Source: Candidatus Pacearchaeota archaeon (GTDB lineage Archaea; Nanobdellota; Nanobdellia; Pacearchaeales; UBA284). Taken from it: a DNA stretch of 32,000 bases. The notes below the pieces were generated by a model. It made no database searches. It saw only the letters and a list, made by a program, of their open reading frames with translations, and had not been told where the DNA came from. The DNA lies in assembly GCA_026016245.1 (NCBI GenBank), contig CP061211.1, positions 570,001 to 602,000 of the forward strand, given 5' to 3'. Position numbers and translations under genes: made by a program. Shown one piece after another: positions 24,901 through 32,000 of this stretch; within the stretch, counting starts at the first letter, position 1; each line of letters starts with the position of its first letter.

Positions 24901-27900
24901 TATAATGAATGCAAAAAGAAAACTCAAAGTGATATTGAAGATTCAGCCTTGTGTAAAGAAGCTTTGACAGGAACTTATGGAAAACTTAGTGGTTATGCTA
25001 ATGTTCTTGAAGAGGGAACTGCGCAAGAGGCTTTGAAAGATGTTTTAGGGTTAGATGCAGTGGTTGTTGTTCCAGAAAAACGTAATATTATCAAATCTCC
25101 AATCTATACATTAAAGAATTTTCCTAAATTGCAACCAAAGCTAGAAGAAAGTGGTGATACTAGATTTACTTATTTCTATCACACTGCAAATTATTATATT
25201 GCTGTTGTTGAATCAACTGGAGATGGAAAATTTGCAATCAAAACCCTTTATAATATTGAAAAATTAGGAACAGAAGATATTAAAGTTGTTGAGAAGTTCA
25301 CAAGTCCTGAATTATCTGGAAAACTTGGGGATTTGGGTATTTCTCATGTTGAAGAAATTGATATAACTTTATGTAATAATAATGAGATTAAAAACCCTTA
25401 CAGGAATGAAATTAAATTCTGGGAAACAGGGCCTTACAAAGATTTTGTTGCTTTAATGCCAATAGATAGAAGAACAGGATGGTATCTGGCAACTACTTAT
25501 ACAGGTTTAGAAGGTGCTTTGGTTGCATGGAAAGAATCTGGTGATATAAATGTGTTCTGGATTTGTAATGTTGGTCAGGATGGAATTCCTAATTTTGATT
25601 TCAGCCAGGGAGCTAGTGGTGATGATTGTTGTACTCAGGTTGCATTGATTACAGGAGCAGAGCCAGAGATTCCACCTTTAACTGCATCTGGCTCTAGAGA
25701 AATTGTTAAGAGGGCCAAAGATTGTGCTAAGCAAGCCATAACAGATTACTCCCAAGGCAAGAGGAGGATAGAGACTAAGTGTGGGGACTTTGTCTTGGCA
25801 AAGCCACCTTCTGCCAGGCCTGCTATGCAGTGCGAAGATTTCATGAGTCCTAGTGATTGCAGAATCATGTTTAATCTATGCGATCCTGTTATGTGTCCTT
25901 CATCTAGATGTGATCTTGGTGGAAGAATGCCTGTTGATGATGTGGTTGCTTCTGGTGTAATAGGAAGCTTGATGTTGTGCTTGCCTAATTGGGAAGATGG
26001 TCGGGGAGTATTAGTTCCTATATGTTTGACTGGGGTTCATGCTGGTTTAGATAATTTCATAACAATACTAAAATCAGGGAGAGATTGTTTGCAAGAACAG
26101 TTAGAGACTGGGAAAACAATAGGGATATGTGATGAGATAATGTCAATATATAAGTGTGAGTTTTTTTGGAGACAGCTTGATCCTTTTATCAGGGCAGGAA
26201 TTCCGGCATTAACTGAGAGTTTCACAGGAAGAGGAGGAGGGGAGTATGCTTTATTTAGTGAATCCTGGAAACAAGGCACTAATGCTTTGAGATATTGGAG
26301 TGATTATTATGAACAAACATCAAATCAAGCATTTAAGGCAAGAAGCACTGCCCAAATTGGAACTGAGATATGTAAGAGGTTTATTTCTGGGACATATCCA
26401 ACTCAAGCACAGTTCTGGGAGCAAGTGAGTAAGCCTGAATCCCCAACGCAAGCAATGGCATGGTTTGATGAAACTCAAATGGGTGGACCAAGTCCTGAAA
26501 GCCATTATAAAGTATTTTTCCATATATTTGCTGGACGCGATCAGGGAGTTTATTATAGTGTTTATCTAAGAAGCCCTTCTGCTCCTGGCTATTATCAGCC
26601 GCCTCCTCAGTACATGATTCCAAATGGATTTGGTTATCTTCCAGCAGGTGAGTATATTAGCATGACACCTGACTTTACTGCCCCTAGTGGTTATAAGGAG
26701 GTTTGTATCAGGTTGAATGAGAAAGAGATTTGTGGTTTTGGCCAGGCAACAACAAATTTTGCAATAGAGGAGCTTCAGAATTATTATCTTAAAAAACAGG
26801 CTGCAGAAGATGTAAGCACAGCTCAAGAATGTGTGAGTGGAAAGCCAACAATAATTCCTACTGCTACACTGAACATACAATCAGCTGTTGAGCATGCTTT
26901 AGAGCCAGCCATTTATAGAAGAGGGATTATCAGAAGATGTTCTACTTTAAATCCAGGATTAAATACAGAGCCAGATAGATGGAAGAGGATTGGTTATTGT
27001 GATAGTGAAAGTGTTGGCTGCTGGCTTGATACTAAAAGTGTTGAAGGAGCAGTAAGTGATTTAGGAATAAGGGAAGATATTATGGAAGAGGCTGAGCAAA
27101 AAAACATTGCTCATGCTATTGAAAAATATGGCTATGATAAACTTGAAGACAGCCAGAGCAATCTTATAAAAAATGAACCAAAAATTCTGGATATTGAAAA
27201 AACAGTTACTGAATTTATCAACAAAGTGAATTTAATGATAGAAGATGAGTTTAAGGCAGAGAAAAAAGATCTTGAAAAAGAGATTGAGAATATAGACAAG
27301 ATAGAGATTCAACCTCTTATAATAACATTCAGAGAAATAAGCAAAAAATGTGCAAGAAGTGAGGAGAAAGCAAGAGCAGATTGGGCAATTGCAAAAATAC
27401 TTGGATTAAGAGCTAGGTTATATGCACTACCAGGAATTTATGAAGTTGAAAAAAAATTAAAAGAGGAAGAAATTCCTGTGGAGATTAGAGATACTCTTGG
27501 CTTGCTGGACTGGCCTGTTCCTTTAGGTTATGATATTATAAGTTATTATGGTGAACCTCGCTTTGGTTATGAGCATACTGGTATTGATATCGGGGGAGCA
27601 GGAACTGAAGGATATGATATTGTAGCAGCTGCAAGCGGAAAAATTGTTAAAACAATTGATGGGTGTAAGGTTAGTGACTGTGAAAACTGTGTAACTGAAA
27701 TTTGTGATACTGAAGGTTGCAGGAGAAGTAAGGTTGGTAAATCAGGTAACATGATTGTGATTGAGCATGAGTATAGTGGTAGAAAAATATACTCTCTTTA
27801 TATGCATCTAAAAGAAAATAGTGTTGTTGTTAAAGTAGGAGATAATGTTAAGAGGGGTGAAAAAATAGCTGAAGTCGGCAAGACTGGGAATGCTTGTGGT

Positions 27901-29652
27901 ACTCCTCCTCATTTACATTTTGAAGTTAGGTTAAAAAGATATTCTGATGACAAGAATCCTTTATGTTTCTTTTCTGCTGCAACACTTTCAAAAGTGGATT
28001 TACCTCTCGGAAAATATGATGCTGAGGAATGCAAGAAAATCCAGAATGAATTCAAATTTGGAGTTGAAATAAAAGAAATAAGAGAATGCAAAAATATTCC
28101 TCTTAGAGACCAATGTTTATTACGAATAGATATATGTTATTGGGATTCTGCTGATTTAAAATGTAGGGGCTGTCCAGATAAATGTGAAGGTTCTAGAGAA
28201 AGTTTTTGGGATCCTTTTTGGAATGATCCTAATCTCATGTTCAAAACAAAAAATGATTGTGAGGATAATAATTGTGCTTTAGATTGTTTATGGTCAGATA
28301 AAGATAATAAATGTAAAAGTATAAGTGATGAATATGTTAGGGATAAAGTAAATAAAATAGATTTAATGACAGCTGATGAGATAAAAAAGCTAAAGGAAAT
28401 AGTTGAGAGAAATAAAAACAAGTTAAGTCAAGCAGATACATGGCTTAGTATTATAAATAGAAAACTTGCTGAGATTGAGCCGCAAATAACTGAAATTATT
28501 TTATATTCCTCTGTAAATAATGGAGATTTTGACAGAAGTAATAAATTGGTTGATTATGATGATAGAGTTGAGATTTGCGCTGTTCTGGAAATTGGAGGAA
28601 AGCTTTACTCTGGCAGGAGTTTAAGCACATCTATAAAGGGATATGAAGGTCCAAAACCTATATTCAGATGGTATAATATTATTCCTTATTATCAACCAGA
28701 GTATGGTGATTCAGGAGAGACTTATGAGTTGTATCTTTATGAAGGAGGAAGAAAAGATCTCTTGCAATATAGTCAACAACAAATTAGTGGTAATGATTGG
28801 TGTGTTTATGCTAATGGAAATGTAGGAACTTATCAGTATAGGGTTGAGACTGATGATTCTTCATCTTTAGGAAGAGCAGCTACATTAGCAGATAAGATTG
28901 AGTATGAGAGAAAATACATGAATTGGGGAATAAATTTTAACAAGTATGATGGTTACTGGCACACACTTTTACAACCAGCTGCTGTTAAGACTGCTGGCAT
29001 TAGTACAGATGTGCACAGAATAAGTAGAAAGTCAGATGCTAGGACTTGCATAGAAAAAGATTATAGCTATTATGATAAAAGATGTAGGTTTATTGCAACA
29101 CTAGAATCTTTTAAAAATGTTCCTTTTGCTTATGGATGTGCTTATTATGAAGATGAACAGAATAAGGTTGAACATCTGGCAAAGAATTTTGTTGCTATTG
29201 ATTGTATTAATTTAATGATTGGAGCTTTAGATTCTATGTATCCAGATACTTATGAGTTTTCACCAAAAATATATTTTGATGATTTTATAAGAGATTATAC
29301 AACAATTAAGTATGGAATAGAAAAATGGCCTCTAGAATCTGTTCTTGGAATTAATATGTTTTTTGATAAAGATGAAGAGCTTAATGTTGAACCAGGAGAT
29401 ATCTTGTTTGTGTGGAGAGAAGGTAAGGGTTATACACATACTTTTGTAATTTATGAAGATAAAGGAGAAAAAGGAATTTTTGATGAAGATGATATTATGG
29501 TTTATGCTAGTAGAAATTGTCCTGGAAGTGAGCCTAAGAATAAAGAAAGCAAGATACTATACAATGGCCAGCTATGTTATGCACCAATAGGAAGATACAA
29601 AGATGACCCTAACTTTAAATTTACTTTAGTAAAAATAAAAAATTTAGAATAA
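21964..29652 (+). CDS. Giant secreted multidomain protein (2,562 aa) with an M23 metallopeptidase domain and a C-terminal NlpC/P60-like domain
   Basis: The ORF is uninterrupted for 7,689 nt. The signal peptide is MRKMKKINLVLAVLLLAVLFSVLMVSVMA|QQPP, followed by a Pro-rich linker. M23 motifs: H1871-TGID, SLYMHL and H1983-LHFE. NlpC/P60-like motifs: VPFAYG...AIDC(2414)INLMIG...PGDILFVW...YTH(2492)TFVIYED. Residue numbers are derived from in-frame nucleotide positions. Confidence 0.9.
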   Translation: MRKMKKINLVLAVLLLAVLFSVLMVSVMAQQPPIVPPAPELPLEQIQTPPEFYMQEPPTPYLYPNAGVTPWSHVEWREGYCNKTGMDFLIEIAPDACQPAIVTSDLLEEQDVPVLCRMTGIKINPIIQVPYIKRIIPAVENRSDGISYVNFLPARYALSYYGDSGQKKPGFEGVPTMSNLGYLLIVLKRQPSEKKMPESVKADISVRIIYDIARTYGINENQFVLPLLSQEEWITNYKNYGFWRGKGYLRLQEIEGNNRAKVALYTIPSAAPFATRDLRVGIDPTKKDEVMLPGFYCGAGVSLRLDEISIPKNRIRLLVNGNELLLGEGERIQDSGCVVFKIEPSPYTYGGSAVIRCAATDRKVLTLSDIEADIKVDEREERVSVGSRIVAEKDNKKNYFYVGYLGKEYLKEGMDNFMILFSGKNAESPLSEGAVKKTTETIHSYIKSLRGEALEALPSTTWNLQLREALQKIYPDTARQVTNFYVSKKGVSNGIGSLGTKINIIDMRGPKQVLYSSDVEAVYKDAIQHYRDIAHAYSVEQHPEGMYYGVMALSSAADLASELHKEIDEVDLLRELIDKYSDSSELEIIAEVEEARERLRRVVSLSGDNSAMFSRPSGNYFMQMVSVEKPSLAVQSAEMEINDVRGTYGIDDIIDGWQIEDITDIGVVFKNLTKTSERETVSIGKVVYFGQTRVKVLDITIKREAKVTILPFERERETETNFSIQIGIEKRAIQLSPEKTREMIAGLDKTISKFESVRDKLGDVVSVWKKACYVGASALWVKNFVTGLSGEALARKKVMQRWTIICSDEGYRKSIGAVSISDCYRIKEDAINKDINLMKNSLSKANSFVKDVKESEGVTKTGGLFGLSKTVDENEFMKVANKTFSSELKGIGDIHQQKQLRKIAVSDGPIIYQGKRYESINKLIEDIGIQTFEERKNEYAEIENRFVNTAKITENISYLHQKSQLFKNDIKELHLTLEIYNECKKKTQSDIEDSALCKEALTGTYGKLSGYANVLEEGTAQEALKDVLGLDAVVVVPEKRNIIKSPIYTLKNFPKLQPKLEESGDTRFTYFYHTANYYIAVVESTGDGKFAIKTLYNIEKLGTEDIKVVEKFTSPELSGKLGDLGISHVEEIDITLCNNNEIKNPYRNEIKFWETGPYKDFVALMPIDRRTGWYLATTYTGLEGALVAWKESGDINVFWICNVGQDGIPNFDFSQGASGDDCCTQVALITGAEPEIPPLTASGSREIVKRAKDCAKQAITDYSQGKRRIETKCGDFVLAKPPSARPAMQCEDFMSPSDCRIMFNLCDPVMCPSSRCDLGGRMPVDDVVASGVIGSLMLCLPNWEDGRGVLVPICLTGVHAGLDNFITILKSGRDCLQEQLETGKTIGICDEIMSIYKCEFFWRQLDPFIRAGIPALTESFTGRGGGEYALFSESWKQGTNALRYWSDYYEQTSNQAFKARSTAQIGTEICKRFISGTYPTQAQFWEQVSKPESPTQAMAWFDETQMGGPSPESHYKVFFHIFAGRDQGVYYSVYLRSPSAPGYYQPPPQYMIPNGFGYLPAGEYISMTPDFTAPSGYKEVCIRLNEKEICGFGQATTNFAIEELQNYYLKKQAAEDVSTAQECVSGKPTIIPTATLNIQSAVEHALEPAIYRRGIIRRCSTLNPGLNTEPDRWKRIGYCDSESVGCWLDTKSVEGAVSDLGIREDIMEEAEQKNIAHAIEKYGYDKLEDSQSNLIKNEPKILDIEKTVTEFINKVNLMIEDEFKAEKKDLEKEIENIDKIEIQPLIITFREISKKCARSEEKARADWAIAKILGLRARLYALPGIYEVEKKLKEEEIPVEIRDTLGLLDWPVPLGYDIISYYGEPRFGYEHTGIDIGGAGTEGYDIVAAASGKIVKTIDGCKVSDCENCVTEICDTEGCRRSKVGKSGNMIVIEHEYSGRKIYSLYMHLKENSVVVKVGDNVKRGEKIAEVGKTGNACGTPPHLHFEVRLKRYSDDKNPLCFFSAATLSKVDLPLGKYDAEECKKIQNEFKFGVEIKEIRECKNIPLRDQCLLRIDICYWDSADLKCRGCPDKCEGSRESFWDPFWNDPNLMFKTKNDCEDNNCALDCLWSDKDNKCKSISDEYVRDKVNKIDLMTADEIKKLKEIVERNKNKLSQADTWLSIINRKLAEIEPQITEIILYSSVNNGDFDRSNKLVDYDDRVEICAVLEIGGKLYSGRSLSTSIKGYEGPKPIFRWYNIIPYYQPEYGDSGETYELYLYEGGRKDLLQYSQQQISGNDWCVYANGNVGTYQYRVETDDSSSLGRAATLADKIEYERKYMNWGINFNKYDGYWHTLLQPAAVKTAGISTDVHRISRKSDARTCIEKDYSYYDKRCRFIATLESFKNVPFAYGCAYYEDEQNKVEHLAKNFVAIDCINLMIGALDSMYPDTYEFSPKIYFDDFIRDYTTIKYGIEKWPLESVLGINMFFDKDEELNVEPGDILFVWREGKGYTHTFVIYEDKGEKGIFDEDDIMVYASRNCPGSEPKNKESKILYNGQLCYAPIGRYKDDPNFKFTLVKIKNLE
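27500..27935 (+). other. Peptidase M23 (LytM/lysostaphin-type) domain within the giant ORF
   Basis: The segment reads LLDWPVPLGYDIISYYGEPRFGYEHTGIDIGGAGTEGYDIVAAASGKIVKTIDG[CKVSDCENCVTEICDTEGCRRSKVGKS]GNMIVIEHEYSGRKIYSLYMHLKENSVVVKVGDNVKRGEKIAEVGKTGNACGTPPHLHFEVRL. The HxxxD and HxH zinc ligand motifs are both present. Confidence 0.8.
29110..29520 (+). other. NlpC/P60-like (papain-fold) cysteine peptidase domain at the C-terminus of the giant ORF
   Basis: The segment reads FKNVPFAYGCAYY...NFVAIDCINLMIGALD...VEPGDILFVWREGKGYTHTFVIYEDKG...DDIMVYASRN. It parallels the NlpC/P60 pattern PY.wGG...DCSGLv...pGDLvFf...HVgIY.g...iiHAs. Confidence 0.55.
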
Positions 29653-29673
29653 AAATAAAATTTTTATTAATTT

Positions 29674-30072
29674 TTAGTAATCAATGTCAGGAGTGTAATT
29701 ATTAGATTGAGGAACATCTGATTGTGGCCATACTGGGCCTTTCTCTTCTTGTCTAGGTTGAACTGGTGGTTGATAAGGTGGAGTTGGTTGATATGATGTA
29801 TGTTCAGGATGTACTTTTTTGTATGCTTTTTCTACGTTTTCTTCCCAGATACCATGCATTTTACCAAATACTTCAAAAAGATCTTCTTTCTGTTCTATTA
29901 ATTCACTAACAGTAAGGTCATCAATTGTTCTGACAGCTTTAACAGGTTCTTTAGGTTCAGAAGCAGCTCCTTTATTTCCAAAAAGAAAATATCCAAAACT
30001 AAGAGTTGCAATAGCAGTTAGAGCATAAGGTAAAATCTTTTTTGCTTTTTTCTTTATTTCATAAGTATCCAT
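29674..30072 (-). CDS. Single-pass membrane protein with a Pro/Gln-rich C-terminus; hypothetical
   Basis: ORF track, 132 aa. It has a TM helix (ILPYALTAIATLSFGYFLF) and the tail YQPTPPYQPPVQPRQEEKGPVWPQ. It is convergent with the giant gene. Confidence 0.5.
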   Translation of the reverse strand: MDTYEIKKKAKKILPYALTAIATLSFGYFLFGNKGAASEPKEPVKAVRTIDDLTVSELIEQKEDLFEVFGKMHGIWEENVEKAYKKVHPEHTSYQPTPPYQPPVQPRQEEKGPVWPQSDVPQSNNYTPDIDY

Positions 30073-30168
30073 TTTGTTTCAACACCTCATGATTATATTT
30101 TTTATAAGAATAAGACCTTTTTAAATCTTTCGTTTGTAGTCACTAAGCAATGAAGACAAAATATAATA

Positions 30169-30252
30169 TGCGGGAGACAGGATTCGAACCTGCGTAGGGA
30201 CTAACCCACCAGGTCCTAAGCCTGGCCCGTTTGACCACTCCGGCACTCCCGC
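30169..30252 (-). tRNA. tRNA-Leu (anticodon UAG), class II with a long variable arm
   Basis: Hand fold of the minus strand, 84 nt: acceptor GCGGGAG/CTCCCGC, D stem CCG/CGG with an 11-nt loop, anticodon stem CCAGG/CCTGG, loop CT-TAG-GA, 15-nt variable arm TGGGTTAGTCCCTAC, T arm GCAGG-TTCGAAT-CCTGT, discriminator A. A TATA-like TTTTAAAAAT lies about 25-30 nt upstream. Confidence 0.85.
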
Positions 30253-30326
30253 ATACTTTTTTAATGTATTAAGGATTTTTAAAATTATCGAGAATAAACA
30301 AGCTAAAATTTAGAAAATATTTGGAT

Positions 30327-30569
30327 TTAAGATGTTGCAGGTGCTGGAGAAATATAAGTTATTGTGTTTCCTCTGATAAATGCCAGTCCAATGTTTCTTT
30401 TGATCTCTCCTTTTTCTAGTTCTTTTGTATTGTCCAAAACAATATTAATGTGTATGTCAAAAGCTAGAAGTTTTCCAACAACTTGGCTACCATTTTCTAA
30501 GTTTACAAGTATCTCTTTTCCTTTTGACTGATTCAATAAATCCAAAGGTCTTTCGATTCCGTTAACCAT
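30327..30569 (-). CDS. Sm-like archaeal protein (SmAP/LSm)
   Basis: ORF track, 80 aa. RPLDLLNQSKGKEILVNLENGSQVVGKLLAFDIHINIVLDN...IGLAFIRGNTITYI contains the Sm1 and Sm2 motifs (..G.L..fD.hmNlvL.. / ..IRG..i..i). Confidence 0.85.
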   Translation of the reverse strand: MVNGIERPLDLLNQSKGKEILVNLENGSQVVGKLLAFDIHINIVLDNTKELEKGEIKRNIGLAFIRGNTITYISPAPATS

Positions 30570-30631
30570 TTTGTTATTTCGCTTTTAAAGTTTTTAAATC
30601 TTTTGTTCTTCGTCGGAAAAAATTAATAAAA

Positions 30632-30647
30632 GAAAGTTATTTAAATA
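30632..30647 (+). promoter_or_regulatory. BRE/TATA-like element for rps8e (GAAAGTTATTTAAATA)
   Basis: The TATA-like core is centred about 24 nt upstream of the rps8e ATG at 30667. That spacing implies a leaderless or near-leaderless mRNA. Confidence 0.4.
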
Positions 30648-30666
30648 TCCTACCTGTTTATTTTTC

Positions 30667-31041
30667 ATGACAACAAAACGGGGCAAAAAAATAAGTGGTG
30701 GAAGATATAGAAAGAGAAGGAAGAGAAAGGCATATGAGGCAGTGGCAAAACCCAGGGTAGTTTTATTGGGTGAAGAAAAAAAGAAGAAGATAAGAATAAC
30801 TGGTGGCAAAATAAAAATTATTTTATTAAGGACAAATAGGGTAAATGTGATGGATCCTAAGACACATAAAGCAAAGAGTGTACAGATAAAAAATGTTATT
30901 GATGTTCCTAGCAACAAGTTCCTTGCAAGAAAAAATATTTTGATGAAAGGGGCAGTGATAGATACAGAGGCAGGGAAAGCAAAAATAACAAACAGGCCAG
31001 GTCAGGAAGGTTGTGTGCAAGCTGTTCTTTTAAGTGATTAG
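30667..31041 (+). CDS. rps8e: 30S ribosomal protein S8e (eS8)
   Basis: ORF track, 124 aa. GKKISGGRYRKRRKRKAYE...KKKIRITGGKIKIILLRTNRVNV...NKFLARKNILMKGAVIDTEAGKAKITNRPGQEGCVQAVLL fits the S8e pattern. Confidence 0.9.
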   Translation: MTTKRGKKISGGRYRKRRKRKAYEAVAKPRVVLLGEEKKKKIRITGGKIKIILLRTNRVNVMDPKTHKAKSVQIKNVIDVPSNKFLARKNILMKGAVIDTEAGKAKITNRPGQEGCVQAVLLSD

Positions 31042-31129
31042 AAAGTTTTAAAAAGCTGAATAGTAAGATTTATAAAGTTTTTTTCTTTTTATTTATAAAG
31101 CTTTTGTTATTATTTTAAGTGACAAAAAA

Positions 31130-32000
31130 ATGCCAACTCGATATATTAAAAAATGCCCAGAATGTGGTTCTGTTAATTTGATTTATGATGAACAAAAAGG
31201 TGAATTGATTTGTAGTAAATGCGGATTAGTTATTGAAGAGAAAATGATTGACCTTGGTCAGGAATGGAGGCAGTTTGAAGAAGGGGGGAAGAAAGGTAGA
31301 GGAGGAGCTCCTTTAAGTTTGCAGAAATTTGATCAAGGACTTACAACTAATGTTGGCGAGGTGAGTGATATTTATCAGCTTGGTTCTGAAAAAAGAATAA
31401 GGAAATTTTTCAGATTAAAGAAGTGGCAGGAGAGAGTAAGTACGAGCATTGAGAGGAATTTAAGATTAGCCATGGCTGAATTAAGAAGAGTGGCCTCATT
31501 TTTGAGCTTGCCAAATTTTGTTAAAGAGGAGGCTTCTAGAATTTACAATATTGTTTTACAAAGAGGACTTGTTAGAGGCAGGAGTATGGAGAGTGTGGTT
31601 TCTGCTTGTATTTATGCTGCTTGCCGTTCTTACAATATACCAAGAACATTGGATGAAATTTCAGCGGCAAGTGATGTTGAGAGGAAGGAGATTGGCAGGA
31701 CTTATAGATTTATTACAAGAAAACTCAAATTGAAGATAATCCCTAGTAATCCTAAAGACTATATCTCAAGATTTGCTAGCATTCTTCATTTATCGCCTAA
31801 AACCCAGAATGATTCCCTGAAAATTCTAAAGAAAGCTGAAGCTTCTGAGCTTACAAGTGGGAGAGGCCCAGCAGGAATCGCAGCTGCTGCATTATATGTT
31901 TCTGCTTTGTTAAATGATGAAAAGAAAACACAAAGAGAGGTGGCTGATGTTGCTGGCATTACAGAAGTTACAATTAGGAATCGTTACAAAGAGCTGCTTG
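31130..32000 (+). CDS. tfb: Transcription initiation factor IIB (TFB), 3'-truncated by the window edge
   Basis: Hand translation from the ATG at 31130 gives MPTRYIKKCPECGSVNLIYDEQKGELICSKCGLVIEE..., a zinc ribbon. Cyclin-like repeats follow (...RGLVRGRSMESVVSACIYAACR...PRTLDEI...GRGPAGIAAAALYVSALL...TQREVADVAGITEVTIRNRYKEL). It is missing from the ORF track because no stop lies within the window. A TATA-like TTTATAAA sits at 31092-31099. Confidence 0.9.
   Translation, partial: MPTRYIKKCPECGSVNLIYDEQKGELICSKCGLVIEEKMIDLGQEWRQFEEGGKKGRGGAPLSLQKFDQGLTTNVGEVSDIYQLGSEKRIRKFFRLKKWQERVSTSIERNLRLAMAELRRVASFLSLPNFVKEEASRIYNIVLQRGLVRGRSMESVVSACIYAACRSYNIPRTLDEISAASDVERKEIGRTYRFITRKLKLKIIPSNPKDYISRFASILHLSPKTQNDSLKILKKAEASELTSGRGPAGIAAAALYVSALLNDEKKTQREVADVAGITEVTIRNRYKELL

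Noticed and set aside
22030-28825. Ten short ORFs of 60-104 aa on either strand inside the giant gene
   Set aside because: All lie within a 7.7-kb uninterrupted frame that carries recognisable domains. They are what chance would produce in a long AT-rich gene.
29819-30028. A plus-strand 69-aa ORF
   Set aside because: It is antisense to the 132-aa membrane protein ORF, which has a clearer TM helix and start context. Neither has homology support, so the longer ORF was kept.
30073-30168. A 96-nt spacer between the membrane-protein gene and tRNA-Leu, checked for a C/D-box sRNA
   Set aside because: Neither strand has convincing C (RUGAUGA) and D (CUGA) box pairs. The spacer more likely holds only promoter and terminator sequence.
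30594-31733. ORFs 30594-30917 (minus), 30826-31020 (minus) and 31518-31733 (plus)
   Set aside because: The first two are antisense to rps8e. The third is out of frame inside the TFB coding region, which the track omits only because it has no stop within the window.
1-32000. A scan for CRISPR arrays, rRNA genes, IS elements with transposases or integrases, and long tandem repeats
   Set aside because: I saw no regularly spaced direct repeats of 24 nt or more, no rRNA-like conserved stretches, and no DDE, tyrosine or serine recombinase motifs in any long ORF.

Overview
This window is gene-dense and AT-rich, and its content is archaeal. It holds SRP54, FtsY, ribosomal proteins L44e/eL42, S3Ae/eS1 and S8e/eS8, an Sm-like protein, a GINS-like subunit and the 5' part of TFB. 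It also holds three tRNAs, one with a 50-nt intron that folds into a bulge-helix-bulge junction. TATA-like boxes sit about 25-35 nt upstream of several starts. The compactness, with 1-8 nt gene overlaps, and the gene content fit a small-genome (DPANN-like) archaeon, but lineage cannot be established from the window alone. I found no rRNA, CRISPR array, transposase or integrase. Accessory content: (1) At the left edge is a type IV pilus-like cluster: a FlaJ/TadC-like polytopic membrane protein plus five small proteins with prepilin-like or signal-anchor N-termini. Two of these, plus one truncated by the window edge, are below the ORF-track cutoff, and no ATPase is in view. (2) A PRC-barrel gene is followed by three tandem paralogous membrane proteins. 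(3) A surface-protein/MacB-type ABC module is bracketed by SRP54 and FtsY. (4) A membrane GT2 synthase carries a QxxRW motif. (5) A more AT-rich block with vapBC and a bacterial-type recJ sits between two copies of an 18-bp sequence, next to the intron-containing tRNA-Thr. (6) The standout is a translationally coupled gene pair at 20099-29652. It encodes a 622-aa protein with a prepilin-like KKA|Q N-terminus and a 2,562-aa secreted giant protein. The giant protein carries an M23 metallopeptidase domain with a Cys-rich insertion, a C-terminal NlpC/P60-like cysteine peptidase domain and two disulfide-rich modules, so it is a candidate cell-wall-breaching surface system in an archaeon. All functional calls rest on motifs read by eye from the translations; no database search was run.
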